Source: Octopus sinensis (Eukaryota). Taken from it: 64,000 nucleotides of DNA. The notes under the pieces are model-generated. The model was not told the DNA's origin, made no database searches, and worked only from the letters and a program-made list of their open reading frames with translations. Made by a program: the position numbers and the translations under genes. Numbering within the stretch: position 1 is the stretch's first letter; each line of letters opens with the position of its first letter. Shown here piece by piece: positions 26,401 to 41,000 of the stretch. The DNA lies in NCBI RefSeq assembly GCF_006345805.1, contig NC_042999.1, positions 69,750,001-69,814,000 of the forward strand, in the 5' to 3' direction.

Positions 26401-29011
26401 CAGAGAACTACAGCACATGTTGGCAACCACCCTCAGTGTTTGGTTCTTGGTAAAAACAAAGTAAGTGGAACCGTTATCAGACATGTATTTTTAAAATATT
26501 TTTTCACTCAACAACTGTGCAGTTATGTTTAAAACCTTTACTCCATTGTGTTTTGTAATTATAATTGCCTCAGTCTGACTGGCTGACAAATAGGTTTCAC
26601 TTATCTTTTTACTCATCACTGGTAGGAATGGTATTTCATTGGAAAACTGCTGCAAAAGCAGACACAGGCATGGTCAAGCAGCTTGCTTTGCAACTACATG
26701 GTCCCAGGTTCAATACCCACTGTGCTTGGTACCTTGGGCAAGAGTCTTCTTCTATTCTTCCAGGCTGACCAATACCTTGTGAGTGACAATTGGTAGAGTG
26801 AAACTGTGAAGTTCAAGTACAAGCTGAAGACATCAATCATTGCTGGGTTATGTATAAGAAGAATTAAGATGGCCATTACACCAGTTGAAAACAAACTGTG
26901 TGGCATCTTGAGCAAATGTCTTCTACTACTGCCTCACATTAACCAATATCTTGTCAAGAATTTGGTTGGTTGGAAATTGTGTGGAGGTTGCTTGTGAGTG
27001 TGTATATATATCGGTGGCACGTAAAAAGCACTATCTGAATGTGATCAATGCCAGGCCCACCTGACTGGCTCCTGTGCCGGTGGAACGTAAAAAGCACCAA
27101 CCAATCATGGCAGATGCCAGTACCCCGTGACTGGCTCCTTTGCCAGTGGCACGTAAAAAGCACCCACTACACTCACTGAGTGGTTGGTATTAGGAAGGGC
27201 ATCCAGCTGTAGAAACATTGCCAGATCAGTTTGGAGCCTGGTGCAGCCACTGGCTCTCCAAACCTCAGTCAAACCATCCAACCCATGCCAACATGGAAAA
27301 CGAACGTTAAACTATGATGATGATGCCACATAAAAAGTACTCAGTACATTCTGTAAAGTGGTTGTTAGGGAGAACATCCAGTCATAGAAACCAAAACAGA
27401 CAGCTGGAGGCTGGTGCAGCTCTCTGGCTTCTGTCAACTCATTCATCCAATGCCAATATGGAAAACAGGCGTTAAATGATGATGATGATCTATATATGTT
27501 TTATTATAGAGGGGGAATAAAAGAGAGAAACAGAGGGTTAACGTAAGAAGTGCTGGATGAATGCACATACTAGGCTTGGTGGCAGGCATTGAGTAAAGGA
27601 ACTACTCACACACAGTGAAAGGGAAAGAATCCTAGAAAGAGGAGGGGAAGAGGGAGCAAATGATAGAATATTTAAGGAAGAAGTTATACAAATAGAAAGG
27701 AGATAAAATTATGCTGAGGGCAATGATGCTGTCTTTAAATTAATTTAATTTTTTAATTTATTTTGTTTTATCAACAAACTGGAATGTAAAAGTCTTTTAA
27801 TATCTTGTTGTGGATTTGTTTCCTTTGCTTTTGTAACTAGGTGAATGGTGAAGGGGTGATTTATGCCTTCAACCCTGTAACTGGGAATCCTGTGTCTGAC
27901 ATTCCATCCAGTGGCAAGAATCTCGCTTACCAAGTGGTTCAGGCAGCTATGTACTCTGAGGTGGACAAGAACTATTTGAAAGGAGTGCTTATACTGGACA
28001 GTAATTTCGTTGTAAGTTACAAGTCACTAACCACATACACACCCACACACACATGCACACGTTTTTATAAAAGTCGTAATAATGAGGTCTAACCAATTAA
28101 AAATATTTCGAAAGCATTTAATATATACATTTTACAATAGGAAATACATCCCTTTGCTTAGCAACCACATGGTTCTGGATTCAGTTCCACTGCATGGCAC
28201 CTGGGGTAGGTGTCTTCTACTATAGCCTTGGGCTGACCAAAGCCTTGTGAGTGGATTTGGTAGACGGAAAATGAAAGAAGCCTGTCGTATATATGTGTGT
28301 GTCTGTCTGTGTTTGTTCCCCCCTCATCACTTGGCAACCAATGTTGGTGTGTTTATGTCCCCGTAACTTAGCAGTTCGGCAAAATAGACCGATAGGCCAA
28401 GTACTGGGCTTACAAAGAATAAGACCTGGGATCAATTTGTCCAACTAAAGGCAGTGCTCCAGCATGGCTGAAGTCAAATGACTGAAACAAGTAAAAGAAT
28501 ACTAAATGCTTTCAAAATATCACTGATTGGTTTGACTTCGTTATTACAAATTTGGCAACATGATGCCAGTACATTTATGTCTCCATTTATGAGGATATTC
28601 TAACAACAATTCAGTGTAGTTATATTTGACTCAAGTCGAAAATTCTGGCACTGTGCATCACTTCTTTGTGTAAAACAATATACGTACACATGCATGCATA
28701 TATGTATCTAAATGTAGTATTTATATAAATATATGTAAAAAGCACCCACTACACTCTCAGAGTGGTTAGCATTAGGAAGGGTATCCAGCTGTAGAAACTT
28801 TGCCAGATTAGATTGGAGCCTGGTGTAGCCTTCTGGCTCACCAGTCCTCAGTCAAACCGTCCAACCCATGCCAGCATGGAAACCGCATGTTAAACAATGA
28901 TGATAATGTCTGTGGAGTACCCAGCCACTTGCACATTAATTTTATGAGGAGGCTGTTCTGTTTGATTGATTCAACTGGAACACACGTTAGAACCAATGGC
29001 AGCCAGTTACA

Positions 29012-29049
<38 letters not shown>

Positions 29050-32000
29050 CACACTGTATGTAAATGTCAATATTGGATTGGTTTAATATTCTAACTCATG
29101 TTTCAGGTTCACACGTACCCTGCTTCCTATCAGATGACTCTCCGTAAATGCCTACCCGCAGTGTTTTTCTACTCCGTTAGTGTAGAGGAAGGACAAATGC
29201 AAGGTTATCGATTAATTAGTAACAGAGATAAGGTAATTATTTTTATGTCTCTCTTAACTGTATAACTGGACTCTGGTGTTGTTTGCAGTGGTTTTGGCCA
29301 CTTTAACATTACTCCATCTCTGACTGCTCACACTGACCATAACATTACAGTGTCCGTGACTACTCTGACCATGATATTACTGTCACTGACCACTGACTGT
29401 AAGCAGTCAATGACTGCTAAGAGTGGTCTGACTGTAAGCAGTCATTGACTGCTAAGAGTGGTCATAACTATGTCTCTGACCATTAGTGTCAGTAACTATA
29501 TACACTGACCATAACATTACAATGTCACTGACCTATAAGTCTCATTGATCATTTACACTGACCAAAACAATATATTGCAATATCACTGACCACTTATGCT
29601 GACCCTAAACAGTAGTGTTACTGATCACGCACACCGATTATAACACCTACACTGACCAGAACATTAAGACAATTCTACACTGACCACTCACACCGGTCTC
29701 TTTAAATGCCACTGCCCGGTCTTGTTGTCTGCTAATGTAAGTCACATGTCCAAATGTGTTGTAGATTATGGCTGAGAAAACCTGGACAGTCAACATGCAG
29801 AACAAAATTCAGACCATAACAAACGTTGTTACCAAGAGAAACTCAGGTAAGTCACTCAGTTTTTTTACCCACTACATCATCACTAGGTACTGCCTACTGG
29901 TCAGTATTAGCCATGAGGGGTGGGGTGGGCAGTTATTTACTTTTTCTTTTATTTCTTTCAGTCAGTAGACTGTGGCCATGCTGGGGCACCACCTTGAAGA
30001 ATTTTTAGTTGAATGACTCGACCCCAGCACTTATTGTTTTTTTTTAAGCCTGATATTTATTCTATCAGTAACTTGTGTCAAACTGCTAAGTTATGTGGAC
30101 ATAAACACACCAACACCAGTGCAGCTCTTGTCAATCCGTCCAGCCCATGCCAGCATGGAAAACAGACATTAAATAATGACTAGCACTATGACCTGGCAAC
30201 GCTGGGTGATAGTGCTAGTGCATGCATATACAGCAGCGTGCATGTGCACATACACGCAAGAACTGTCCAAATCTCTGACCAATCACATACAGCTAGCTGG
30301 CATTCAATTGGTGTATCAAGTTTCGGGCATTTTGATTGGGTTTTGGATAGAAAATTCCCAAAAAAGTCACTTCTATTGATTTTTTAATGGCTTTGTAGGG
30401 TGACTGGGGAAATGTAAAGATGTACACGACCACCCTTGGACGGTTTTGAATGACCATAGAAAGTGTGAGCCCTCTAACTGAAAACTTGTGGATTTGTATA
30501 AAGGATACACACACACACACAGACAGACATTTTGCCATTTATATATATAGAGATGATATATGCTTGCTATACTTCAACACATACATTTGATTACCTGTCT
30601 ATGTTAATCATTCTTTTAACATTTTCTTTCCCAATTAAGTTCACCATGCTTTAACATACACATTTTTTTACTTATTCATTTATATTTTCAGAAGTTGTCC
30701 ATTCCTTGGGCCGTGTCCTTGGTGACAGAAGTGTTCTCTATAAATACCTCAACCCCAATCTGGTGGTTGTCACTGCTGAAGGGGAGGACACCCCGTCACC
30801 TTCACAGAAATGTAATTATATTTCCTTACACTGATATTGAACCTGCTGACTTTAAATCTTCTGTATCCTTTGATTGATTCTTTGATAGGCACAGGTTTGG
30901 GGTTCAGCCCCATTGCATCTTCTATATAGCCCCGGGCTAGCCTGACTTTGTGAGTGGATGTAGTTGACAGAAGCTGAAAGAAGTTCATCATGTGTATATT
31001 TTTGTGTGTGTGTGTGTGTGTGTGTGAATGTTTTCTTCTCTTGACATAGTGTTATAGAGGCAGTGTCATTCAATTCCAATACTGTGTGAGAAACGTGTCT
31101 GGCCACAAGGAAGTAGTACAAAGTTTAGGAATAGGTGAGTGTTGCTGACTGGAAGGACATAGAGCAGTAAGATCTACCTCAATAAAATCCATTCAACTGA
31201 TACAAGCATGGAAAGGTGGACATCAGTCTTTAAAATGACCGGTTAATGATGATAACGATCCTTTCATTTCCTAATTGTAAAGGATTTTTTTTTATTTCTT
31301 TTTTCTGTGTGTAAGTGAGTTTTATTGTTTAGGCAGGAGAGAGGGCAGTGCCCATAACCTCAGGGGCTGGCTAGATGGAGAGAGAAAAGTTTTCTTGAAG
31401 TGGAAACCTGGCTCAAATGCTTCCAACAGAGCAGATTCTGCAAAAGGTACATTAGGTGCCAGTTGGAGATGTTAAACCAATTAGCACCTGGGGTACATTT
31501 AGCAGAGCCCACTTGGCTAAAGGTCATTGATTCAGTCTTCAGAAAATACTTTGCTTTTTTATATCAGCCGTTGCTAGCGCCGCCTCGACTGGCCTCCATA
31601 CTGGTGGCACGTAAAAAGCCCCAACCGATTGTGGCCATTCCCAGCCTCGCCTGGCACCTGTGCCAGTGGCACGTAAAAACACCCACTACACTCATGAAAT
31701 AGTTGGCGTTAGGAAGGGCATCCAGCTGTAGAAACACTACCAGATCAAACTGGGCCTGGTGAAGCCTCCTGGCTTCCCAGACCCCAGTCAAACCATCCAA
31801 CCCATGCTAGCATGGAAAGCGGATGTTAAACGCTCTTTTCTATGTTTAAACATGTCCGTCTAGTATTAAACGGTGAGCTCTTTTCAATAAACAAAATGTC
31901 GACTGTGTTGGTGAAATTTATGTCAAAACACTTTTGAGCGTGGTTGTTGCCAGAACCATCTGACTGGCCCTCGTGCTGGTGGCACGTAAAAAGCACCCAC

Positions 32001-35000
32001 TACATTCTTGGAGTTGTTGGCATTAGGAAGGGCATCCAACTGTAGAAACTTTGTCAGATCAGATTGGAGCCTGGTGTAGACTTCTGGCTCACCAGTCTTC
32101 AGTCAAAAAATCCAATCCATGCCAGCATGGAAAGTGGACGTTAAATGATGATGATGATGATGAAGTTACTCTAGTTCCCATGCTCTGTTGCGCTAGTTTT
32201 CTTAACACTAGACGCATTTTCATTTCGTCTGTCCAATCCTGATGTTCTTTTTCAAAAATTTGTTGCAATCTTCAAAAGTAAGCCTTGGCTAAAAAGGTCA
32301 TTGATTCAGTCTTCAGACCTGTTAACCTGTCCAACTCATGCTAACCGTGAAGAAAGCTGTTAAATGAAGACGATGATGATGATGATTGTAACCCAGCATA
32401 TAAATCTCTTTCAAATCATGCCTTACCATTTTAATGAAGGTAAAGATGCATTAGATCATAATATCCTGAAAATTCAAACTGCTTGGGGTGGGGAAATCCA
32501 GCTGGCTGGTCATGGCTGGAATAACTTTGGTTGTAGGTTTGTTCAGTCAGGGCTAATCTAGGAGTTTTGTTGTTGTTGGTGGAGATGAGCTCCCTGTTTT
32601 AACCCTAACCTACACACCTATGAGGTGTGGAGGGGGAATGGGGACAGAAGACCTGGACATGTGGAGGTGGCAAGGGTGTATGGGAGAGTGAGTACTGAAG
32701 AACGAGTGAACAGACTGAGTGAAGAACGAGTAGCTGATGCAAATAATGTGGAAGTAGAGTTTAAAGAGGTTGGGGCTTAAAACAGCCTTGTGGTACTTCT
32801 CTATTTGGGAGGAGATGGATGCTGGAAATTTTATTATCCTTAGCACGGAGCTGGTATGTTGGCTAACCAATTGTTTCAGTAGAAAGAAGATTGAACTGGA
32901 GGTCTTGAAGATGATGAGAGAGTTTGTATAGGTGCATTGTGGTTGAATGGTTAAGAAGATAGCTTTGCAGTCTCAAGTAGCCATGTGGCTTTTCTACAGC
33001 AAGAAATATGTTCTGTTCTGGTCCCTTTTTTCTCACTTTAACACCTTCCTCTCCACTGTAGTCCCACTCCAAAGGAATCTTACGTTATTTACATTTGACA
33101 AATATTTGTCCTCATCTTGCGTGTTGTTAACACGTTTCGGCTGATATACCCTCTAGCCTTAATCAGGTGTCTTGAGGAAATTTCGAACCTGGGTTCTCAT
33201 TCCTAAGGTATTTTTTGATGTTATTATTATTATTATTATTATTATTCAGGTCACTACGTGGAATTGGAACTTGGAATTTTGGGGTTAGTAGCCTGCACTC
33301 TTAACCACTACACCACATGTCCGTAGTAGGAATGAGGACCCAGGTTTGAAATTTCCCCAAGACACCTGATGAAGGCTGGAGGGTATATCAGCCGAAATGT
33401 TGTGTTAACAACAAACAAGATGAGGACAAATATCCATCTAATGTAAATAATGTATATAATTCCTCATCTCTTAAATATAGAACTGTATTAAAGAAACTTA
33501 GTTTGGCAGGCTCCATGGCAACCTCACCAGGGCTGGTGCAGCAAAAATACACTGGGGGCATCCTGTAAAGTGGTTGCTGTTAGCAAGGATATGTAACCAT
33601 TAGAAACCAAACCAAACCAAAGTAGATAGTGGTATGTAATGCAATGCTTGGACCTGTCAGATCCTATCAAACCAATCCGACCCTTGTCAGCATGGAACAT
33701 AAACATTAAATGATGATGGCGAAAGTCCCAGGTTTGATCCCATTGTGTGGCATCATGGCTTTAGGTTGACCTATGTCTCTGTGAGTGAAATTGGGAATAT
33801 GGAAACTGTATGGAAGCCCATCATGGATTGTACTTGAAATTATTTAAAGATTTAGTTTTGTTCATGCTAGCATGGAAAACGGACGCTAAATGATGATGAT
33901 GATGATGATGATGATGATTGTGTTTCATTGATTCTGCCTGTGAATCATGTTAAAGGTCTGTGAAATATTCAACCAATTACAAATTAATTCAGGAGCAGAT
34001 AATTCAGTCTAGATCAAACGAGTGAATCATTATAAAACAATGGAGACCCTCCCCACCTGCTACCAGGGTGTTTCCATAGTGTTTAATTAAAGTTTTATAA
34101 TGACAATACAGTGTGATTATTTATTCATTAACAATCAGGTGAGAATAAATATGAAATAAATGCTTAATTAGTTAATTTTGTTTAATTTCTGTTTATCTTT
34201 TTGTTTGACAGTTCCATCCAACTTTCTGAATATTTATTTGATTGATTTGATCACTGGAAATGTTGTTTACCATTCCAACCATCGCAGAGTGAAAGGGCCT
34301 GTTAATGTGGTACATTCCGAGAACTGGGTCGTGGTAGGTATTTTAATTAACCCTTCATTTAAGACACATTTTAATTAGTAACTGCCCTGATGAAAGAGGC
34401 GGTCAAATAAAGAATGGATACAACCTTCACTCAACATCATCATGTTGATGTCCACATTTTCTATAGCTGGATGCCCTCCCTGTCACAAACCATCACTTGT
34501 TTCCAAAGAACAACAACCCCCACTTATATGATAGTGATGCTCATTTACTATTCACACACACACAGGCTTCATCCAGTTTCCATCAGCTACATCCACTTAC
34601 AAGGGTTTGGTAAGCTTCATATTTACCCAAGGTATACTGTGCTTGTGTAGGCCTGTCAAGCTAAGTGAGATCATAGTCGTGGCCAATGCTGGTGTCAGGT
34701 CAATGGCACCTGTGCCAGTGGCACATAAAAAGTACCCACTACTCTCTCTCGGAGTGGTTGGTGTTAAGAAGGGCATCCAGCTGTCGAAACCTTGCTAGAT
34801 CAGATTGGAGTTTGGTGCAGCCTCTCGGCTTGCCAGTCCTCAGTCAAACTGTCCAACCCATGCCAGCATGGAAAACGGACGTTTAGCAATGATGATGATG
34901 AATCCCTGAAAGGGTGAAAGGCAAAGTCAACCTGAGAGGAATTTGAAGCCTGATGCAGCCTCCTGACTTACCAGCTCTTAGTCAAACCATCCAATGCATG

Positions 35001-38000
35001 CCAGCATGGAAAATGGATGTTAAATGATGATGTCATGCAGTGAGATTGAACCTGAAGCCATGTAGTTGAGAAGCAAACTTTTTAACCACACCACCGTGCC
35101 TGTCCCTTATCAGTGTGGCCTGATGATAATTCTTTCTAAATTTGGCACAAGGTTATTAGTTTGAGAGGTTGGAGGTTAATCTGTTGCATTGACCCCAGTA
35201 CTTAACTGGTACTTTATTCTATTGACCCTGAAACGATGAAAGGCAAAGTCATTCACAGCTGAATTTGAACTCAGAACATAATGACAAATGGAATTCCGCA
35301 AAGCATTTTGTCCAGCATGCTAACAATTCCACCAGCTCGCCACCCTCATCACCTTAATGTCAGTAATAACCATTTCAGATTTTGATACAAGACCAGCAAT
35401 TTTAGGTGAACAAAGTTTAGCCAATTACATTTACTCGGGTACTTGACTGGTGCTTTCTTTTACCATCGATAAGATATTATTGTTAAGTCAGTCCATGCAA
35501 ATTCATGGAAATATATGAACACTTCTTGATGTTTTATTAATTTTCATTTCATCTTCAAAGTGCAGTTGTCTTACCTACATTGCTTCTAATGCAAATTCTT
35601 TAGAACTCAAAATAGGTGTCGGAAAATTAAGAAAATTCAATTAGTAAGTCTTGCGGAGATATTCAAACTGTTTATCGTTTCAATTCAGTCAGTGGAGGTT
35701 AGCGTCAATTTTATTCTTAACAATCATAAAAATCAATCCGTAACGGACAAAGGTAAACTTGATCTCAGTGGAATTTGAAGTCAGATTGTAAAGAGCTGAG
35801 AGAAATACCACCAAGCACAGGCATACCTCACCCTACATCATTAATTGGTTCCAGGAGACACAACTTAAGTCAAATTATCTTGTCTCTAGGCTAGGCTAGG
35901 TTGAATTTCCTTGTCTCTGGGCTAAACTGATATTAACCATTCCCAGTTCTCTACTTTATTTATGAATGCATTTTCAATATTTAAGCTTACAAACAAATAA
36001 CTTTTATTTTTTAATACAGTACAGTAAAAAAAAATGTAATCTAAATTTAAGAAAATAATTTGGCAGTGTTTACCGTACATTGTGGATGCTTTATTTATGA
36101 ATGTGGTTTGCAATAAGACATGATAAAATAAAAGCCTTTTTTATGCTTAAAAAACAAATTCATTAATTATTATTTTGCAATAGTAAAAAAACTAAATTAT
36201 TTTAAAATTTACCAATATGTACATACAGTTTGGTGATTTTGTTTACTAAGATACATCACTTTACGGTGTGTATCTTAAGATTTACTGTACGTATTTCAAT
36301 ATGATTTTATACGCTTTTATTCTTATTTATTGTACAGTAACATGATTTTATGTGCCTTTAACGGTTTTCTAGTAATTATATGATTCCAATACTTGTGGGG
36401 CACAGATGTAAACTCGAGTAAAGTGAATTAACTTGATTTTTATTTTTCCATATATTATTTTTGAAAACCGACATAATTGAGAAAGGCTTAAATCGAAATG
36501 ACTGAAGCTGAGGTATGCCTGTACTTTGTTCAACATACTAATGATTCTGTCAGGTAGCTGACTTCCACCATGTAATAATAATAATAATCCTTTCTACTAA
36601 AGGCACAAGGTGAAAGAATAAAAGGCAAAGCTAACCTCGACAGAATTTGAACTCACAATTTAGCAACAGGTGAAATACCGCTAAGTGCTTCACCCAGCGT
36701 GCTAATGGTTCTACCAGACTGCTACCTTCATATAACAATAATAATAACTTTTTATCATGTGTAGTGGAACTGAAACAGGAACCATGTTAGGAAGTAAACT
36801 TCTTATCGCACAGCCATGCCTGTGCCTATATAATAATAATAATTTTCACAATAATTGGTCATTCTTTTTCAGTTATTTGCGCTTAAGAAATGGTTTCATT
36901 GATGTAGAAGTTTAGGTTTTCTCTTTTTTTCTTTCCTTTTGTTTGCTCCAGATTAGAACACAACACTCACTTAACCATTTCTCTCCCTCTCTCTTCTTTC
37001 CATCAAGTATAACTTCTACAACCAGAAGAACAGACGCAACGAAATGGTAGTCCTTGAGATGTACGAAGGGAAAGAACAAAGCAACTCTACAGCTTTCTCA
37101 TCTCTAAATCCTATATTGGCACCATTGGTTACAAGACAGGCTTACATATTCCCAGCTTATATCTCCAACATGGCTGCCACTGTGACAGAGAAAGGCATCA
37201 CAAGCAAACATGTGATTGGTAAGTTAAGTCACTTGCTTAAGGGTAACTTTGTACATGTTAAGATTGTTACAGGGCTGTGGCATCGAAACAAAAAACTTTG
37301 ACTTGACTCCGACTCCTCCACTATTGGCACCTCTAACTCTGATTCCTCTTTATGTAATCAAGTGATTGTGGTCTACATATCTCATAAAGCCTATGTATAC
37401 ACTTGTACTTTGAGTCGGCCTATATATTATAACTGGTTTATATTAAGGAATAAAGACATTGTGAGTCGGAGTCAGTATAGTTATTCCGACTCCAGCTACT
37501 CCTTAATTGTTTCCAACTCCAGTCGTGTGTGTTTGGCTGTGGAGTCAAAGCAAAAAACTTTGACTCTGACTCTTCTACTAATTGGCACCTCCGACTCCTC
37601 TTTATGTAATTAAGTGATTGTGGTCTACATATCTCATAAGTCATATGCTTGTACTTTGAGTTGGCCTAGATGTTATAACTGGTTTATATTAAAGAATTGG
37701 AGTCGGTAAAACTATACCGACTCCATCTTACCCTTAATTGTTTCCGACTCAACAGCCCTGATCTGTTGTTAAGCCTCAGATCAGTGCTGATGGAGCAGGA
37801 CTGGTCAGAAACATCCCGGCTATGACTGACCCAACTATTTACTTTAAATAGTACACTTGTCCAGTGAAGATTTGGTCATTGTTTTCAGCAAATCAGTCAG
37901 CTGTGTAGAGACTATCTCACTGTAGTATTGGCGTGTCACTTGTAATGACTTCTTAATGTCCTGGAAGAAGAAAATTCGACTTAATAACTTCTCAGTTAAC

Positions 38001-41000
38001 AAAATCATAACTACACCTTGGAGGAGGCCATGGGTGGCCGGGATGCAACATTTTTTTCCCATGAGTTCTGGACCCCAGTTATGAACTCATTTGCATACAG
38101 CCAATCAAAGCTCAACTATCAAACTAATTTACGAGCAGATAGCAAGTGATGGGCGACAAGATAAGGTCACTTGGGTAAGGAATGACCATGCTTTTTTCTT
38201 TTTTAAGAATGCTTGTTGTTCTTGTTTCAACCATGGCTGCCTCTGCGAGTTATCTGTATTGTTTACTTTGTAAAACAGTAAGGGGAGAGGGTAACTAGCA
38301 CATCACCCTCTACCCACATTTTTCCCATCCACATCTTTACCATATGGGGCCCTAACAAAATCCAATAATACGTATAGATGCGAATCTATTTAATTACTTG
38401 TCTCCTTCTAAAATCAGGCATAAATTGGTGATTGGTCAACTTCCAATACCGTTCTTCGTCATGAGTTTATTTGGTAGAGTGTGTTTGTTAACTTGACAAC
38501 AAGGTCAAGGTGAGCTCTGATTGGCTGCATGCAAATGAGTTAATTGCTGGGGTCTGGAACTCTCATGCAAAAAAAATTTCGCAGCCAGGACAGGTGAAGT
38601 CAAAGACCCAATGTTTGGTGATGCAAGAAGTCGAATAACAATGGTTTCAAATTTTGGTAAATCGATTACTTAAACCCCAGTTTTCAACTGGTACTTATTT
38701 CATTGACCCTCGTAGGACGTAATGCAGTCAACCTCAGCAGAATTTGAACTCTGAACATAAAAACAGACAAAAAATGTTGCTAAGCATTTCTGCCTGGTGT
38801 GCTGACAATTGGGCCAGCTCACTGCCTTAAGAAGTCTAATAATAATAATCCCTTCTATTGGTGGCACAAGACCTGACATTTTTTGCAGGGAGGGGACTAG
38901 TTGATTACCAGTACTCAACTGGTATTTATTTCATTGACCCCAGAAGGATGAAAGACAATGTCATCTCTGGTGGAATTTGAACTCAGAATGTAAGGACATG
39001 AAATACAACTAAGCATTTCTGCCAGCTCGCCACCTTAATAATAATAATAATAACAACAACGAAAGCACTCAGAGAGTGTAAACCTCTGCCAAAGCAACAC
39101 CAATGTCTTCTCAGCAATTAGCCAGAGATGATTTTTCAAATGAGAATATCTGAAATAAACTGGGCTGCTCTCACAAACGAGAATACTAAAAATGAACCTG
39201 ACTGATCTCAAAAGTTAAGTGAAAAAACAGGAAAAATAATCCAGAATCATTGTTCAGCAGCGGATTGATCCCCAAATCTAATCAGTTTGTGCCAGTCATG
39301 AGGCCAAACATCCCTGAAAGTTTCATCCGAATCCATCCAGTGGTTCTTCAGATATCTTGTTCACGAACAAACACAACTGAAACCAATGCCTTTGCTAAGG
39401 CAGAGGTAATAATAATAATTATCATTATATGATGATTTTTAAAATTTTGGCCCAAGGCTGCACTTGGCTGGTACTTTATTTTACTGGCCCTAAAAAGGAT
39501 GAAAGTTGACTTTAGCAAGATTTGAATTCAGAACATAAAGAGGCAGAAGATGCTGTGAAGCATTTTTTTTAGTCCAGTTTATTAACGATTCTGGCAGTTC
39601 ACAGCAATGAGGGGAGAGGGCAATTCGATCCCCCACCTCCAAAAAAAAAAACTATACTGGAGGAGGCGGGGTGATGAAAGAGAAGAAGGATAGTGATGGT
39701 AATGAAAAATGAGAGCAATAGTTGATGGTGACAATGGTTGCTGGTGTGTGTGTGTGGGGGGGGGGCATTAAATGAACCAATTGGACATGTGAAACCCAGA
39801 TAGAGATAGTGAACCTCTCAAACCTCATTCCCACCATCATTTATTACATCTGTTTTGTCATGCCTGGATGGATAGGGTAGGTCTCTCCAACATTTTACCA
39901 CTTGTCTTGGTCCTTTGTCATCTCTTGTTATAAAATTCTTCCCCTTAAGATCCATCTTCATCACATCCTTTCATATTTTCCTCAGGTTCCATCTCCTCAA
40001 AGCACTGGGCCCTTCCCCATACATTATACACCTGTGCCACTGTGGTTGTCCATACTATTGTAATTGAAGTTGTATGTTTATTTTCCAGTGGCCCTCAAAT
40101 TTGGTGGTCTCCTGTCTGTGCCAAAAGCCTTCCTCGATCCTCGGCGGCCTGTAACACCAACACAGCAGCACATGTAAGTCCTTTTATATTCACATTGGTC
40201 AGTATTAAATACTTATCTTAATTGCAATTATGTCTCACTGCAGAGACTGACTTGACCAAAGTTAAAAATATTGATTTCAAATTCTGGCACAACACAAGAA
40301 AAGTTTTTGGGGAGTGGGTTAAGTCAATTACATTGACCCCAGTGTTCAACTGGTACTCATTTTATCAACCTGGGAAAGACAAAAGGCAAAGTCGACCATG
40401 GCAGAATTTGAATGCAAAGATGGACGAGATGGCTTTAAGCATTTTGTTGTCTCTTGAATGGCATCAGGCACTCTTCTGACAACCGGCTCTAAATGTGTGT
40501 GTGTGTGTGTGTAAGTTTGTATAAGATGGTACGTCATGGGAAGAAGTGGAATCTAATATTTGCAGAGTGGTCTATTGATCTGGCATAGGTTGGATGGTTT
40601 GACTGAGGATTGGCAAGCCAGAAGGCTGCACCTGGCTCCAATCTGATTTGGTAATGTTTCTACAGTTGGATGCCCTTCCTAACGCCAACCACTTCAAGAG
40701 TGTAGTGGGTGCTTTTTACGTGTCACTGACACGGGAGACAGTCAAGTGGTATTGGCATTGACCACAATTGAATGGTGCTTTTTACATGCCACTGGCATGG
40801 GAGCCAGTCAGGTGGCACTGAGAAGAAAATTTCCTGGAAATGTATGTCTTTCTCTCTCTCAGGTGATCACTTTTGAAGTGTTAGATGCTGCCTCACTGGC
40901 TTATCAAACTCAGGCATTTTTTTATATACATGCATACATAGGCGCAAGCATGGCTGTGTGGTAAGAAGCTTGCTTCCCAACAACATGGTTCTGGATTCAG

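Noticed and set aside
30689-30694. NAGNAG acceptor (CAG AAG) that would drop one Glu
   Set aside because: The distal AAG is weak and the motif is common by chance; untestable without RNA data
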